Shown here: one piece after another, positions 1-10,556 of the stretch
Layout: each line of letters starts with the position of its first letter
How positions within the stretch are numbered: position 1 is the first letter of the stretch
Source of the DNA: Cycas panzhihuaensis
Lineage: Eukaryota > Plantae > Cycadophyta
Length of the DNA: 64,000 nt
NCBI GenBank assembly: GCA_023213395.1
Contig: CM041465.1
Coordinates: 189,231,741-189,295,740 of the forward strand
Direction: 5' to 3'
The notes under the pieces: generated by a model
Seen by the model: only the letters and a program-made list of their open reading frames with translations
What the model was told of the DNA's origin: nothing
Database searches by the model: none
Position numbers and translations under genes: made by a program

Positions 1-535
1 TCTTTCACTTTTTCTTTCTAGTCATTTAGATATACTTAATAGAAAATGAAAAAATGGGAGATACAAGTAATTACAAAATCAAAAATTCTTTGCTCTAAAC
101 CTACTTAGCTAATCCTTTAATTAAATTTCTTTTATTGTGTAGGTAAAGAAAGAAGTAAGAGATAAACAAATTGAATAATTGATAAACAAAAGATATTCTT
201 TTACTTTTCTTTCCTTTCCTTCTTTTACTTTTTTATGAAATATCGAAACCAAGAAAAAAAATATATAATTATTGGGATAAGGAATGTGTACTTTATGATA
301 GGGCTTATGGCTAAATAACGTTACTCTTTCTAATCACTCTTTAGGTTGGGATATTGTTACTTATTGATAAGGAGGAATAGGCATAGATATTATAGTGATT
401 GATTCAAAGTAAAAAATATCTCATATATAAGTCCACAAAGTAATCAAGATTACAATAACAACCATGTAGTACAAAATAAACCTTACATATGAAAGAAAAA
501 TTACCTTACTTTAAAAAATTATTTCCTACTTATCT
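1..535 (-). repeat. AT-rich dispersed repeat (probably an LTR fragment), inverted homolog of 18720-18827 + 28845-29269
   Basis: Reverse complement of 1-420 aligns by eye with 28850-29269 (e.g. tctttcacttt...tttagatata...ttctttgc(t/c)c(t/c)aaaccta). 430-535 aligns with 18720-18822 (taatcaagatta(c/t)aa...catgtagta(c/t)aaaataaa). Confidence 0.8.
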
Positions 536-540
536 GTGCA

Positions 541-972
541 GCTATGGGAATGACTCCGCTCTCCCTAGTTTATGGGACTGAGGCGGTACTCCCATTGGAA
601 GTGGAGATGCCCTCTCTATGAGTTTTTCTTCAAGGTCTTGTTGATGAGGAGTCTATTTGTCATGCTCACCTCTTAGATATCGAGGCTTTGGATGAGAGAC
701 ATTTAGTTGCTTACCAGGTTAACCTCGCATCTAAATCTTGCTCATAAAGGACTTATGATAAACACCTTCGTTCTCATCCTTTGTATCCTAGGAAATAAGT
801 CCTCAAGCTAGAATATCTTCATGACCACTTGACCAAATTTGGACCCAAATGGGTTGGTCCTTTTGTCATTCTTGAGAGTCTCAATAACAACACCTATAGG
901 ATCGCCACCCTGGAGGGCCTTGAATTTGAGAAAGCTATTAATGGGAAATTCCTTAAAAAATTCTATGCATGA
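541..972 (+). pseudogene. Integrase C-terminal region, Tat/Ogre type (decayed)
   Basis: Frame from 541: AMGMTPLSLVYGTEAVLPLEVEMPSL*VFLQGLVDEESICHAHLLDIEALDERHLVAY. After a frameshift: KFGPKWVGPFVILESLNNNTYRIATLEGLEFEKAINGKFLKKFYA* (GPY/F motif). Confidence 0.92.
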
Positions 973-2293
973 TCTCTTTATTATCTTTTCCATGCTCCGA
1001 AATGAGCCTAAACTACCATCCTAAGTATGTTCCCATTCCTCCTAGCCACAGGTGGGATGACGACTTAGGGTGGCTTCCTTGTTCCTTTCAAGTTCCTCCT
1101 ATGGAACCCCTAGTTCCCCTTCCTCTAGAGACTTTATCTTACTACTTGGTCATATCCCCAAGTAGGATGACGCATTGGAGTGTTATACTCCCTTCTCATT
1201 TGCTCTTCTGTTGCATATTCTACTATGCTCCTCTGTGGACGTGTGTGCTGCCCTATCTGCTAACCTCACGTGCTTCTATCATTACTGCTCATGGTGATCG
1301 TGTATGCCTCTTCTAGGAATATGGCCCTATATGAAAGGAAGTGTGTATAACTCAAATAGATGTCATAGCACAAAAATCATATAATAATGGACTCAAAATA
1401 TCATCAACCATATCCTTGTGCATCTGTGCACCCTCATACCAATACATACACAAACATGGAAATAAATATACATCATCCATCACATATCATTATACATATC
1501 ATCATACATCAAATAGGGTATCAATAACCCCATCTATATACATAAAACAATCATCATGTGTCATATCATACAACAGGTATAGTACATCATCTATGGGAAG
1601 CCAGAATCCTTATAGGGAGGAGTATAATCATGTGGTAACATATGGCAACTCCCTGAAGGTCCATGCTTTCCCCTTATCAAATCAAAACTCCTACTCTACT
1701 CTATTGCTACCCTACCCCTGGGGCATCATCTCCTAGCCTAGAGAGGGACCACATGCTTCCCAGGCTCCTCCTACGCCTATGGGAGCTCTCAACCTCACTC
1801 CCCTCGTCTTGTGGCCTCCTAGGGGTTGTCATTGCCGTGTGTGTATAGGTCCTTCTCCGCAATGACCTCGAGGCCACCTCGTCCACTAGTCAATCGTATC
1901 GAGCCTCTATATGATCTTGATCTCCCTCTACTCCTCAGAGCCTCTTCTCTATCCCCAAGAGACACTCCTCCATCACTGTCATCCGAATGCGACTTTTGAC
2001 ATCCCCTTTGGCACCTCCTTGAGCCTCTAGTGCCTGCACCTTACCTCGTAGAGCATCCCTCTCAGCCTGAGTCTCATCCAACTCCGCCTATAAGCATCCC
2101 GTACGTGCCTCGTGCTCCTAGGACTCTGTTATCTAGACATCCCTCACTCTCACTAATGGGGCGAATGCCACCGTGTATGAACTTACAAATCTGGGCTCAT
2201 CTCTAGCCTAGATGGGAGGTTGCCCCTCTGCATAGGCCTGGGGGAACATCTCCTAAACTACTACCTCCACCAATCTCTAGATCTCTACCATAC

Positions 2294-2399
2294 CTACAAA
2301 TCCAATACGTCATATATTAGTACGTATCCATGTATATTCCAAACCAAAATCAAACAACATATGGTGATCAAAAGATGATAGGAGAAGGTAGTGTCTCAC
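2294..2399 (-). other. Putative spliceosomal intron (106 nt) in the PMD gene
   Basis: Minus strand CAG|GTGAGA ... T-rich interior ... GATTTGTAG|G, flanked by GC-rich coding-like sequence on both sides. Confidence 0.7.
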
Positions 2400-2622
2400 C
2401 TGGTGTAGCTGCCAGCTCCTCAACTTAGATGATGGCCTTTGCCTAGGCACTCTGCCAGTTGTAGGTACCTCCTCCTCCTCTTGTACCTCCTCAGTATCTA
2501 CCTCAGCTACTGGGGCATCCCTCCTCTCCTCTGCTAGCGTGACTGCCTCCCTAGATCTCCTGACTATCTATAACCTCTGGGTTCAGGTCAGTGGGCCCCT
2601 ACTCTCCTCTGCAACTTCTAAA

Positions 2623-2730
2623 GGGCCTGCCTCTCCTCCTGCGGTCCCCGATGGGCTTGCCTCTCCTCCTTCGATCCTTGATGGACTTGCACATCCTCCT
2701 GTGGCTCCTAATGGGCTAGCCCCATCACCT
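2623..2730. repeat. 30-bp tandem repeat, ~3.5 copies, encoding a GGEASPSGTA-like decapeptide on the minus strand
   Basis: gggcctgcctctcctcctgcggtccccgat / gggcttgcctctcctccttcgatccttgat / ggacttgcacatcctcctgtggctcctaat / gggctagccccatcacct. Confidence 0.8.
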
Positions 2731-3883
2731 CTATCTCCACCATCTCCTAGGGCAACTCCTGCCTCACTTGCCTCATTGTCGTTGTCCCACCTCACTGCTT
2801 GATATGGATATGATATGTAATATGCCATAGTGAGGAGGTCCAGCGATGTAGCCTCCACCGAGTGACAGACATGTGTCTGGTCCTCAGTCCCCCTGAACCT
2901 AGTCTGCTGGGTAACTAAGTTCACCGCTATGAGGGTAGCCCAATCTAGTCTCTCCCCAGCCTCACATCTCCTCACAACATCCATATATCTATCAAGGATG
3001 TCTCGATAGTTATGTTTCTAGGATATCTAGAACAAAATGCATAACGTGATCAATTTCCTCACATGAGGAACTCCCGATATAACCATAGTTTGCACGGGGA
3101 TACCTCTCCTCTCCCATCTGTCTAAGCCCGTGAAGTATGTGGCTGCCTCCCTGTGTGCTGCCTCATTACTAGGTAGCGCCCTTAGCGATGTTGCCCTCCC
3201 TATTGCCGGCACTCCCAATATCCTCCTGATGTCCCCTGGTGTGACTATCATATCTCCTACTTGGGGTAGATAGAACACGTGTCTCCATCTATCCTAGTAT
3301 GATATGATGTCTACCAGGACCCTCTGATTTGATTTATACTGTGGCATCCTCGTGACTTTTAATAGGACACACGTAGCCAAAGTCTGCCTATCCTCACGGG
3401 ATATCATCTCAATGAAGCTCAGCATCGCCATGCTAATGTTCTTATAGTTGTCCACCATGATCACCGCATGCAAACACCCCAAAACTAGTCAGAACCTCAC
3501 TCATACTCATCCCTCTATCCTCTCGACTGTCCCTCGGCCTCATTTTGTTGAGATTTGGGAGCCCTTGGGCCCCCTTCTTTATTTTTTAGCAAGTCTGCCT
3601 TCACACCATGCTAAATTTCGTGATACTACAGAGTTTAGCCTAGGTCCCATGGTGATCAGGGACCTATAGCAAAGATCATGATACCACGATATTTTTCACG
3701 ATGTGAACATCACCCCCCCAAAAGGGGGGGTTTCCTGCCCAAAAAATTCCCAAAATTTTACTTAGGTAAGCCACTCCCAGGCTCACTGGGACTGGACTTC
3801 CTAAAGCCCCAATCTTGCCTCTCTCTGGGTCCAATTTGGACTCCGAGAGATTACTTCTTGCCTTTAAGAGGCCTAAAACTGCT

Positions 3884-3951
3884 CTAGAAAGAAATAAAAT
3901 GCAATAAGTTTCAAGTCACGAGATGGGGTTGGGTTTAGATGATCTACTCAC
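3884..3951 (-). other. Putative 68-nt intron in the leader of the antisense PMD transcript
   Basis: Minus strand CTA|GTGAGT ... TTATTGCATTTTATTTCTTTCTAG|A, a consensus donor with a strong pyrimidine tract. Confidence 0.5.
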
Positions 3952-4680
3952 TAGATTCAGTCACGTCGTCACCATCTCATCACTCTGTTCTCAATGGCTA
4001 TCTGCTCGTCTCGATCCAACGATCGGATCCTCCTCTGTGTGTCTTCAAAATTGGGTGGTGCTCTGCTATGTAAGGGAAAGGGCTCTGATTTGTTCGTAAG
4101 CCCATGAAAACGAATCCCATTTTCATTGAGTTTCCTTATACTGGCAGGGGTCCCAATGGGCACTTTCTCTATTTTTACCTTCGAGATAGCCCTTGAGGCC
4201 ACCTCTCATCCCTAATCATCATTACCTTCTAGGCCTGTTTCCTCTTTGACCTCCATAGCCCCCATTTTGCTCATTCTTTTGGGTGGATTTATGGCACCTT
4301 ATAGGCACATTTCTGCCAAGGCCCTTCTGTTTTGTTTTATGTGCCATTCCTATGTATGCCTGAGTTTATACTCGTTTGGCTCATTTCACCATCCTAGACT
4401 CATTTTTGCAACCCGTTCATGCCCCTCAGGTCTCCAAAGGGAATGCTCCCTCCGTTTGAGGTCGCTCTTTCCTTTCTTAAGCAACCTTTGGCACCCGAGA
4501 GTGGTCTTCTTGCTGCCCACTCTCTGCCATGGTTAGATAGTCTACTCCTATCCTTGGGTAGCCTCATTGTTGGGTCCTCCTACCTTTTGCGGTCATCATT
4601 GCTAGCCATATGAGCCCCTTTTTACTCGATTTCGACTCTATTATATATTTTCTCTACCGAGACACTTTCTTTTCTCACCT

Positions 4681-5103
4681 ATGACTCTCTTCATCTTTAC
4701 CGATGATGGAAGCCATGGTAATTCTAGTCCCTCTGCTGTCGTGTAGATTCTTTACGACCCTTCCAGATATGATTTCTTACATTCCAAAGTCTTCCTCCTC
4801 GAGGCCACTAATAACGAAGCTGAGTATATGGCCATTATTGAAGTCCCCACTGATGCACTTAATTTTCACCATGGATCCATTGTTCTTCTTTGCGACTCTT
4901 AGGTGGTGGTGTCCCATCTCACCTAGGTTTACTAGGTGCTATACCTATGCCTAAGAGCCCTTACTTTAACCGCTAGGTCCCTATTGGGTTCTTTTCAGTC
5001 TGTTGACATTTGACACATCCCTCGGGCCCTTAACGCTGAGGCAGATGGCCTCGTTCCCCTCATCCTTGAGCGTCACCTCCCTCTTCTTTATAGCCACCCT
5101 TGA
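4681..5103 (+). pseudogene. Free-standing archaeal/plant-type RNase H (aRH) ORF, 140 codons, 5 in-frame stops
   Basis: One frame from ATG 4681: MTLFIFTDDGSHGNSSPSAVV*ILYDP...EATNNEAEYMAII...SIVLLCDS*VVVSHL...SFQSVDI*HIPRALNAEADGLV. This matches FTDGASRGNPG / ATNNEAEY / DSQLVV / HIPR..N..AD.LA, with all four catalytic acidic residues present. Missed by the ORF track. Confidence 0.92.
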
Positions 5104-5345
5104 GAGACTTACCCGGTCACTCTGTCACCCAAGTCTCGGGCTATCTTGCATTTCACTTTGTGATCTGTTTGTGCCTCTAAAATCTAACTTCTAATGAGGT
5201 TAAACTATGGCAACCATCAGTTTTGCTCGTTTTCTCTTTCTCTTATCATCATTACACCTTCTCTCTGCACTCTTACGATGGGGGGCATCCCCCTCATCCG
5301 TCATAGCTTCTAGTCAATTCTCAAGTGTCGCACAGGCAGCCCCTA

Positions 5346-7284
5346 TGTTGTCTCCACCCTTGTTTTCATATCCATGCATTCTGCCATGACACTCGCTAGC
5401 ACCCTCAGACCTTGTTATGATTATGATTGATATATATACATGTGCTATTAATAGTTTTGTTGCCAGTGTTCGCCATCGCATCATGCTTTTGAGCGGCGAG
5501 GCTCTACTGCCAAGCGGGCAATGTTTCCCATCTATCGGGAATAGGTATGGACAAATCGACTTAGGTAAGCATAGGTATGCTTCTTCCTTTTCACCTTTAT
5601 TATTTCTTTGGAAAGGTAGATAGAAGCATTGCCTTATTGCACGATTGACTGTCACATTTGAGTGATCACCTTGCATCTACTGCTTGATTATGCTGCTTGT
5701 CATATTTTCAACCTATGACAACCCATGGGACCTACTTCTTCGTGAGGCAGGCATCCCCATGGCACTCTACAACCCTCCACGCCACCTCCACATCACCTCA
5801 AGCCTCACCCAACTCGTGTGACCTGCTCACACCTTAATCTTACATCCTCTCATAGTATTTCTGGGAATTTTAACTCCCAATGTCCTATTTGGTCTAGCCT
5901 ACATGTCACCCGGACTGTCCCCAACCCCTCCTAGACCTAGCACATCTCTATTTAGAGCTCCTAGAACCTTCTCCATTGTTGTTTTAGTATTCTGGTCTTG
6001 CACCACTATAAACTAAGTGGTACCACGAAGTTTACTGTGGTACTACGAAGTTTACTGTGGTGCGACTGTTGCACTTTACTTTTTTTATCCGCCATAGTAA
6101 TTCTCACTCTTTTTGTAGAACTACCATGTGGATAAGTTACCAACTCAACCCTATCTGAACTCTAATCTCTCGATTAGGGTTAGGATGGGTATATAACCTG
6201 AAAAGTACCTTATTTCACATCTCTTAGCTCTAATAACACTTCCTACTACTATAATTCTGCTCCCTCCTTCCTCTCTTTTTAGAGGTACACCTGCAATGCT
6301 GGAGTTCTGCCATTCTAACCAGGGATACGCCTGTAGTAGCTTTGAAATGTGATAGAGGACTCTCCACCAAGTATTTCCAAGCAAGATCTCCACGCTTATC
6401 CTTCAGTTTTTAATCCAGCAAGTGTCTCCTGCAACTCTGCTTTGTGAGGTACCCTGCAAATCTTATAGGACCTGCCCTCTTCCATTGTTTGTAGGGGTAG
6501 ATCTGCCCCTAACACAGCCCAACAGGTATCCCTTACCTTGGTTTTATATTTTAGCACATATTCACTCCATTAGAGCTTGTTTAAAAATATACTATCTTCC
6601 CTTTTTTGTGTTTTTTTCTGTAAAAAATGACAGCTCTTTCCTATTTATTAGGCTTCAATACCTCAATCTTTCTCCTATTCTCTGCTGATTTTTCTCAAGA
6701 AAGCTATAAGAGAGAGTCCATAAGGACTAGACAAAGGGAGTTAAGGTGTGACCTGTCCCTTTTAGACCTACTCCCCAAGGGCAAACCCCTTTCCACCCTT
6801 CCTCTCTTGCACCTGTGCTTTCCTTAAGTAAACTAGGAGTTGGTAAGACCCAAGTCTGCACTGGATATTAGCATATACAACCCTTGTTATGATGGTTCTA
6901 GGCCTACACACTCTCTCTTTGTGCCCTCTTTAAACCCCAAAAATTGTCCAGTATCCATCCAGATCCTTGGTAAGGTCGGTGTGGTAATTCGTTGCCCATA
7001 ACGACTCTGCTACTTAGGCATCTCTCCCACGTCCTATAATATTCGCTTCTGTGCTCATTTGCTACTCATAGGCTGTCATATAACCACCATACTTTTACAT
7101 TCTGAGGCTTTTTGGAGGTCCACTTATGGGGGGTTTTTCCATCCCAAGGTTAGCCTTCCTTTCTTGCTTGGTATACATTGTTTTCTTAAAGGAGAGAAAA
7201 GTTGATTTAGAGTAGTAGTTTCACTAACTTAAGGTACCAAATTTTAGCATTTATTTTGTATCATTACCTCTATAGTATCTTACA
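5346..7284 (+). repeat. LTR of a Tat-like family (~1.9 kb), followed by a PBS-like site and leader
   Basis: Start tgttgtctccacccttgttttcatat matches the start of the inverted LTR at 16545 (tgttattccccctcttttcatat). Shares internal motifs with 14717-16545 and 22200-23465. Ends ...tcttaca, then tct TGGtagcctcttcttgg (7288). Confidence 0.6.
6017..6061. repeat. 20-bp tandem repeat with palindromic core GTGGTACCAC inside the LTR
   Basis: gtggtaccacgaagtttact gtggtactacgaagtttact gtggt; degenerate equivalents at ~15905-15975 and ~22990-23060. Confidence 0.8.
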
Positions 7285-7957
7285 TCTTGGTAGCCTCTTC
7301 TTGGAAGGGAAAACCCTTTGTGATTGTAGGTTTGCAATAGCATTTGTGAAGGGAAAGAATGCACTAATCTAGGTAAGTCCTCACCCTTCTTTCCTCTTCC
7401 ATCTTTCCACTTTCTTATATGGTTTTTGGCTCTCTTTACTTTTCCGCTTTGTTTCGTCCTTTACATGGGGAAGGTAAGGAGTCCCCCACTTCACTTTCAC
7501 TCCAACTATAGTTACACGTCAACTAAGGATGGGAGGGCATACATGGCATACAAGTGAGGTTTCCCATCAACTGCTTCACTTTCCGGGTATGTATCATCTC
7601 CCTTCCTCCACTTCTTTCATTTTGTGCTTTTATTAGGCATCTGTTATATTTGCGTAATAAGTCACATAAAGATAAAAAGGGTAACAAATTAATTTATTTA
7701 TATTCATTTTTCATATGTGTGTCACGCCATTGCTTTTATAAGAAAAAGGACATAATAGGGTTTACACCTCCACCTTTTTCTCATCTAAATCAGAAGCACC
7801 CCTCAATTGCATTTCATTTTAGTATGCATGCTTGAGTGCACATAAAATACTTGCTTTCCTTTCTTTTCTTTATCTTCTGTTACTAAAAAAGAAAAGAGAG
7901 AGACGATATAAGTCATCTATCATGGATCAGACTACAACTCCTACCATGGATATATGT

Positions 7958-10520
7958 CCATAAAGAATCAACATCTCCTACCATGGATAGATGACTTATT
8001 GGACCAGTTGTAGTCTATAAGATATTTTAGTAAGTTAGACATAAAATTAGGATACCATTAGGTTCAAATATGGGAGGAAGATACTTGGAAGACAACCTTT
8101 AAATAAAAGTAAGGGTTGTTAGAATAGATGGTGATGCCTTTTGGTTTATGCAATGCACTTTCCACCTTCATGAGGTTGATGAATGAGGTATTAAGACCCT
8201 TCATTGATGACTTTGTTATTATTTATCTGGATGATATTTTAATTTTTAGCCATAATTGGGAGGAACACCTCCAACATGTTGAGTAAGTGCTTAGAGTACT
8301 TTAAGAGTAATACCTAAAACTTAACCTAAAGAAGTAAGAGTTTAGGAAGTAATCTCTCATCTTCTTAGGATTTATAGTTAGAGGAGGAGAATTGAAGATT
8401 AACCCAGTAAAGATTAGAGTCATTCTCAAATGGCCTACACCTGAGATAACCACAGAGCTAAGAAGTTTTATTAATACTTGTCCATATTTAAGAAAAATTA
8501 TTTTTAGATTCTCTCAAATTGCAGTACCTCTTTATGCATTAACAGGAGAGCACGTAAATTTCCATTAGGGGAATGAACAAGAGAAAGCTCTTAGGATTCT
8601 AAAGTAGAAAATTTGTGAAGTTCCAGTGTTAGTCCTATCGTCATTATAAAAACCATTTGAGTTTGAGACTAATGCTTTAGGCTATGCCATAGGAGCAGTG
8701 TTGAAGTAAAAGGGAAGACTAGTAGCATACCATTCAGATACTTTTAATAGAGTTATAATAAACTACCCAACTTATGATAAGGAAATCTATGCATTACATT
8801 AAGTAGTCAAGCATTGGAGACCTTACTTATTAGGAAAAGAGATGGTCATATACATCGATCACAAGCCTTTGTAATTCTTGTAGATATAGTCCAAATTGTG
8901 ATAGGTTAGGCACATGAAGTGGATGTTCTATTTATAGTAGTTTCACATCATGGTTAAATATAAGAAAGGCACAACAAATAAAATTACAAACTTACTATTG
9001 AAACCTCCTCAACAGTAAGGTATTTCTAACTTGTTAGTAGATCTACAATTTCAACCCTTTTGCCATGATCAATATCTTGATTTATACATAGAAGATGAGG
9101 CATTCAAGCCTATTTTAGAGTAGCTATAGTAGGGGAAAATATTTACTAATGTTTAGCTAAGAAATGGTCTACTCTTTAAGTATGATAAGATTTACATTCT
9201 AAATCATGTAGATTGCATGAAGTGGGCAAGAGAAGCTTATACCTCTTGAGTTGTAAGACACTTTAGAGTAGGAAAACCATTGCTAAATTTACAATGATAT
9301 ATATATTAGCCCAATATATAGTAGGACGTGACTACAGTAGTATGAGGATGTATATTATATAGCATATCAAAGCTAGCCAATAAGAAGTTAGGATTGTACA
9401 CTCCACTTCTTGTTCTATTGTGACCATGGGAGAGTATCTCCATAGATTTCCTTGGAGGACTACCATGAACCAAAAATGATATGGATTATTTGTTTGTAGT
9501 TGTTGATCAATTTAGTAAAATGGTAGTGTTGATTCTCTATAGGAAGACATATATAAGAGAAGACATAGCTAAATTATTTTTTTAGCATGTTTAGAAGTAT
9601 TTTAGGCTTCCTAACTCTATCATTTCTAATCAAGACAATAAATTTTTGAGTCATTTTTGGAAAACTCTTTAGGGAATGATGGACATAAAGTTGAAGATGC
9701 GCATGGCATTTCATCCTTAAATAGATAGCTAGACTGAAGTTGCCAATAGAATGTTGGTGTAGTTGTTACAAGGATACAATGTTAAGCATCTTAAGACTTG
9801 GGATGAAAGTCTCACATACCTATAATTTTCCTTCAACAAAGTAATCCTTAGATCAAATCAAAAATCACCATTTGAGGTATGTTTAAGATTTTTTCCTACA
9901 AGTCCTTTTGATTTAAAATGTTTAGTCCAACTTACTATAGGAAATAGAAAGGATAAAGAAGGATAAGAGAAAGTATAAATATTATTAGAAAGAATCAAAA
10001 GAATTCATCAATAGATTGAGGAGCAACTTCAAAAATCTTAGCAGAGATATAAACAAAGGCATGATATACATAGAACCAGTCATTTATTTAAGGAAAGAGA
10101 TCAAGTTTGGTTGCATCTTAGCAAGAAAAGATTACAAGATAAGACTAAAAGGTTGAAGCCTATCCATTATGATCCTTTTAAAATCTTGAAGAAGATTAGG
10201 AAAAATGCCTTTTAGTTTAAACTTCAAAAATTCATGAACATATATTTAGTTGTGAATGTTAAGAGTGCAAAGATGTTTAAGCCATCTATGTTGGATGAAG
10301 ATGAAGATAGTGTTCTACTTTTGCCAAATCTAGAGGAGTTACTAGTAGAGAAAGAAGAACCAATGCAACATGATTGCATTCTTCAAAGGAAGTAGACCAT
10401 AACTAGAAGAGACATAACTGAGTCCTTTAGAATTGGAGAGAAAGGATAACTTCCCAGTAAAGAAAAACGGTATAATAGGGAGAACGGAAGAAACAAATTC
10501 CCTCATTTATAATTATAATT
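7958..10520 (+). pseudogene. pol (RT, RNase H, integrase), many stops
   Basis: LPWIDDLLDQL; EDTWKTTFK; [41 protein letters not shown]; NYPTYDKEIYALH*VVKHWRPYLLGKE; PWESISIDFLGGLP; DYLFVVVDQFSKM. Confidence 0.93.
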
Positions 10521-10556
10521 TTCATAAGGCCATAAACTCCTAAAAAGAGATAGTTC

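Larger units (their letters stand above)
1677..3458 (-). pseudogene. Antisense extra gene of the Tat element: plant mobile domain (PMD, aminotransferase-like) + G/A/S/P repeat + acidic tract + coiled coil; one internal intron
   Basis: ORF-track pieces 3294-3482, 3027-3278 and 2583-2984 are one frame broken by stops. VLVDIISY*DRWRHVFYLPQVGDMIVTPGDIRRILGVPAIG resembles the PMD consensus ALVERW..ETHTFHLP.GEMTITL.DV..ILGLP..G, and RLDWATLIAVNL resembles the W(G/A)SA.LA.L motif. The last exon reads AELDETQAERDALRGKVQALEAQ (coiled coil). Confidence 0.78.
536..5345 (+). mobile_element. 3' half of a Ty3/gypsy Tat-clade retrotransposon (order INT - antisense PMD gene - aRH; TatII-like), truncated at both ends
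   Basis: Tat-type integrase C-terminus, an antisense PMD ORF and an archaeal-type RNase H downstream of integrase. GC- and CpG-richer than the flanks. Confidence 0.85.

Noticed and set aside
969-1848. Plus-strand ORFs of 115, 131 and 61 aa after integrase
   Set aside because: Low-complexity 3' UTR sequence or the antisense of the PMD gene's end; no recognisable domain.
4703-5194. ORF-track calls 4703-4954 and 5003-5194
   Set aside because: Wrong frame. The meaningful frame starts at 4681 and encodes RNase H with internal stops.
5278-5345. ATGGGGGGC as the PPT making 5346-7284 the 3' LTR of the first Tat element
   Set aside because: The tract is ~60 bp from the TG start and the LTR is followed by a PBS-like site and leader. 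It more likely belongs to a second element; left unresolved.
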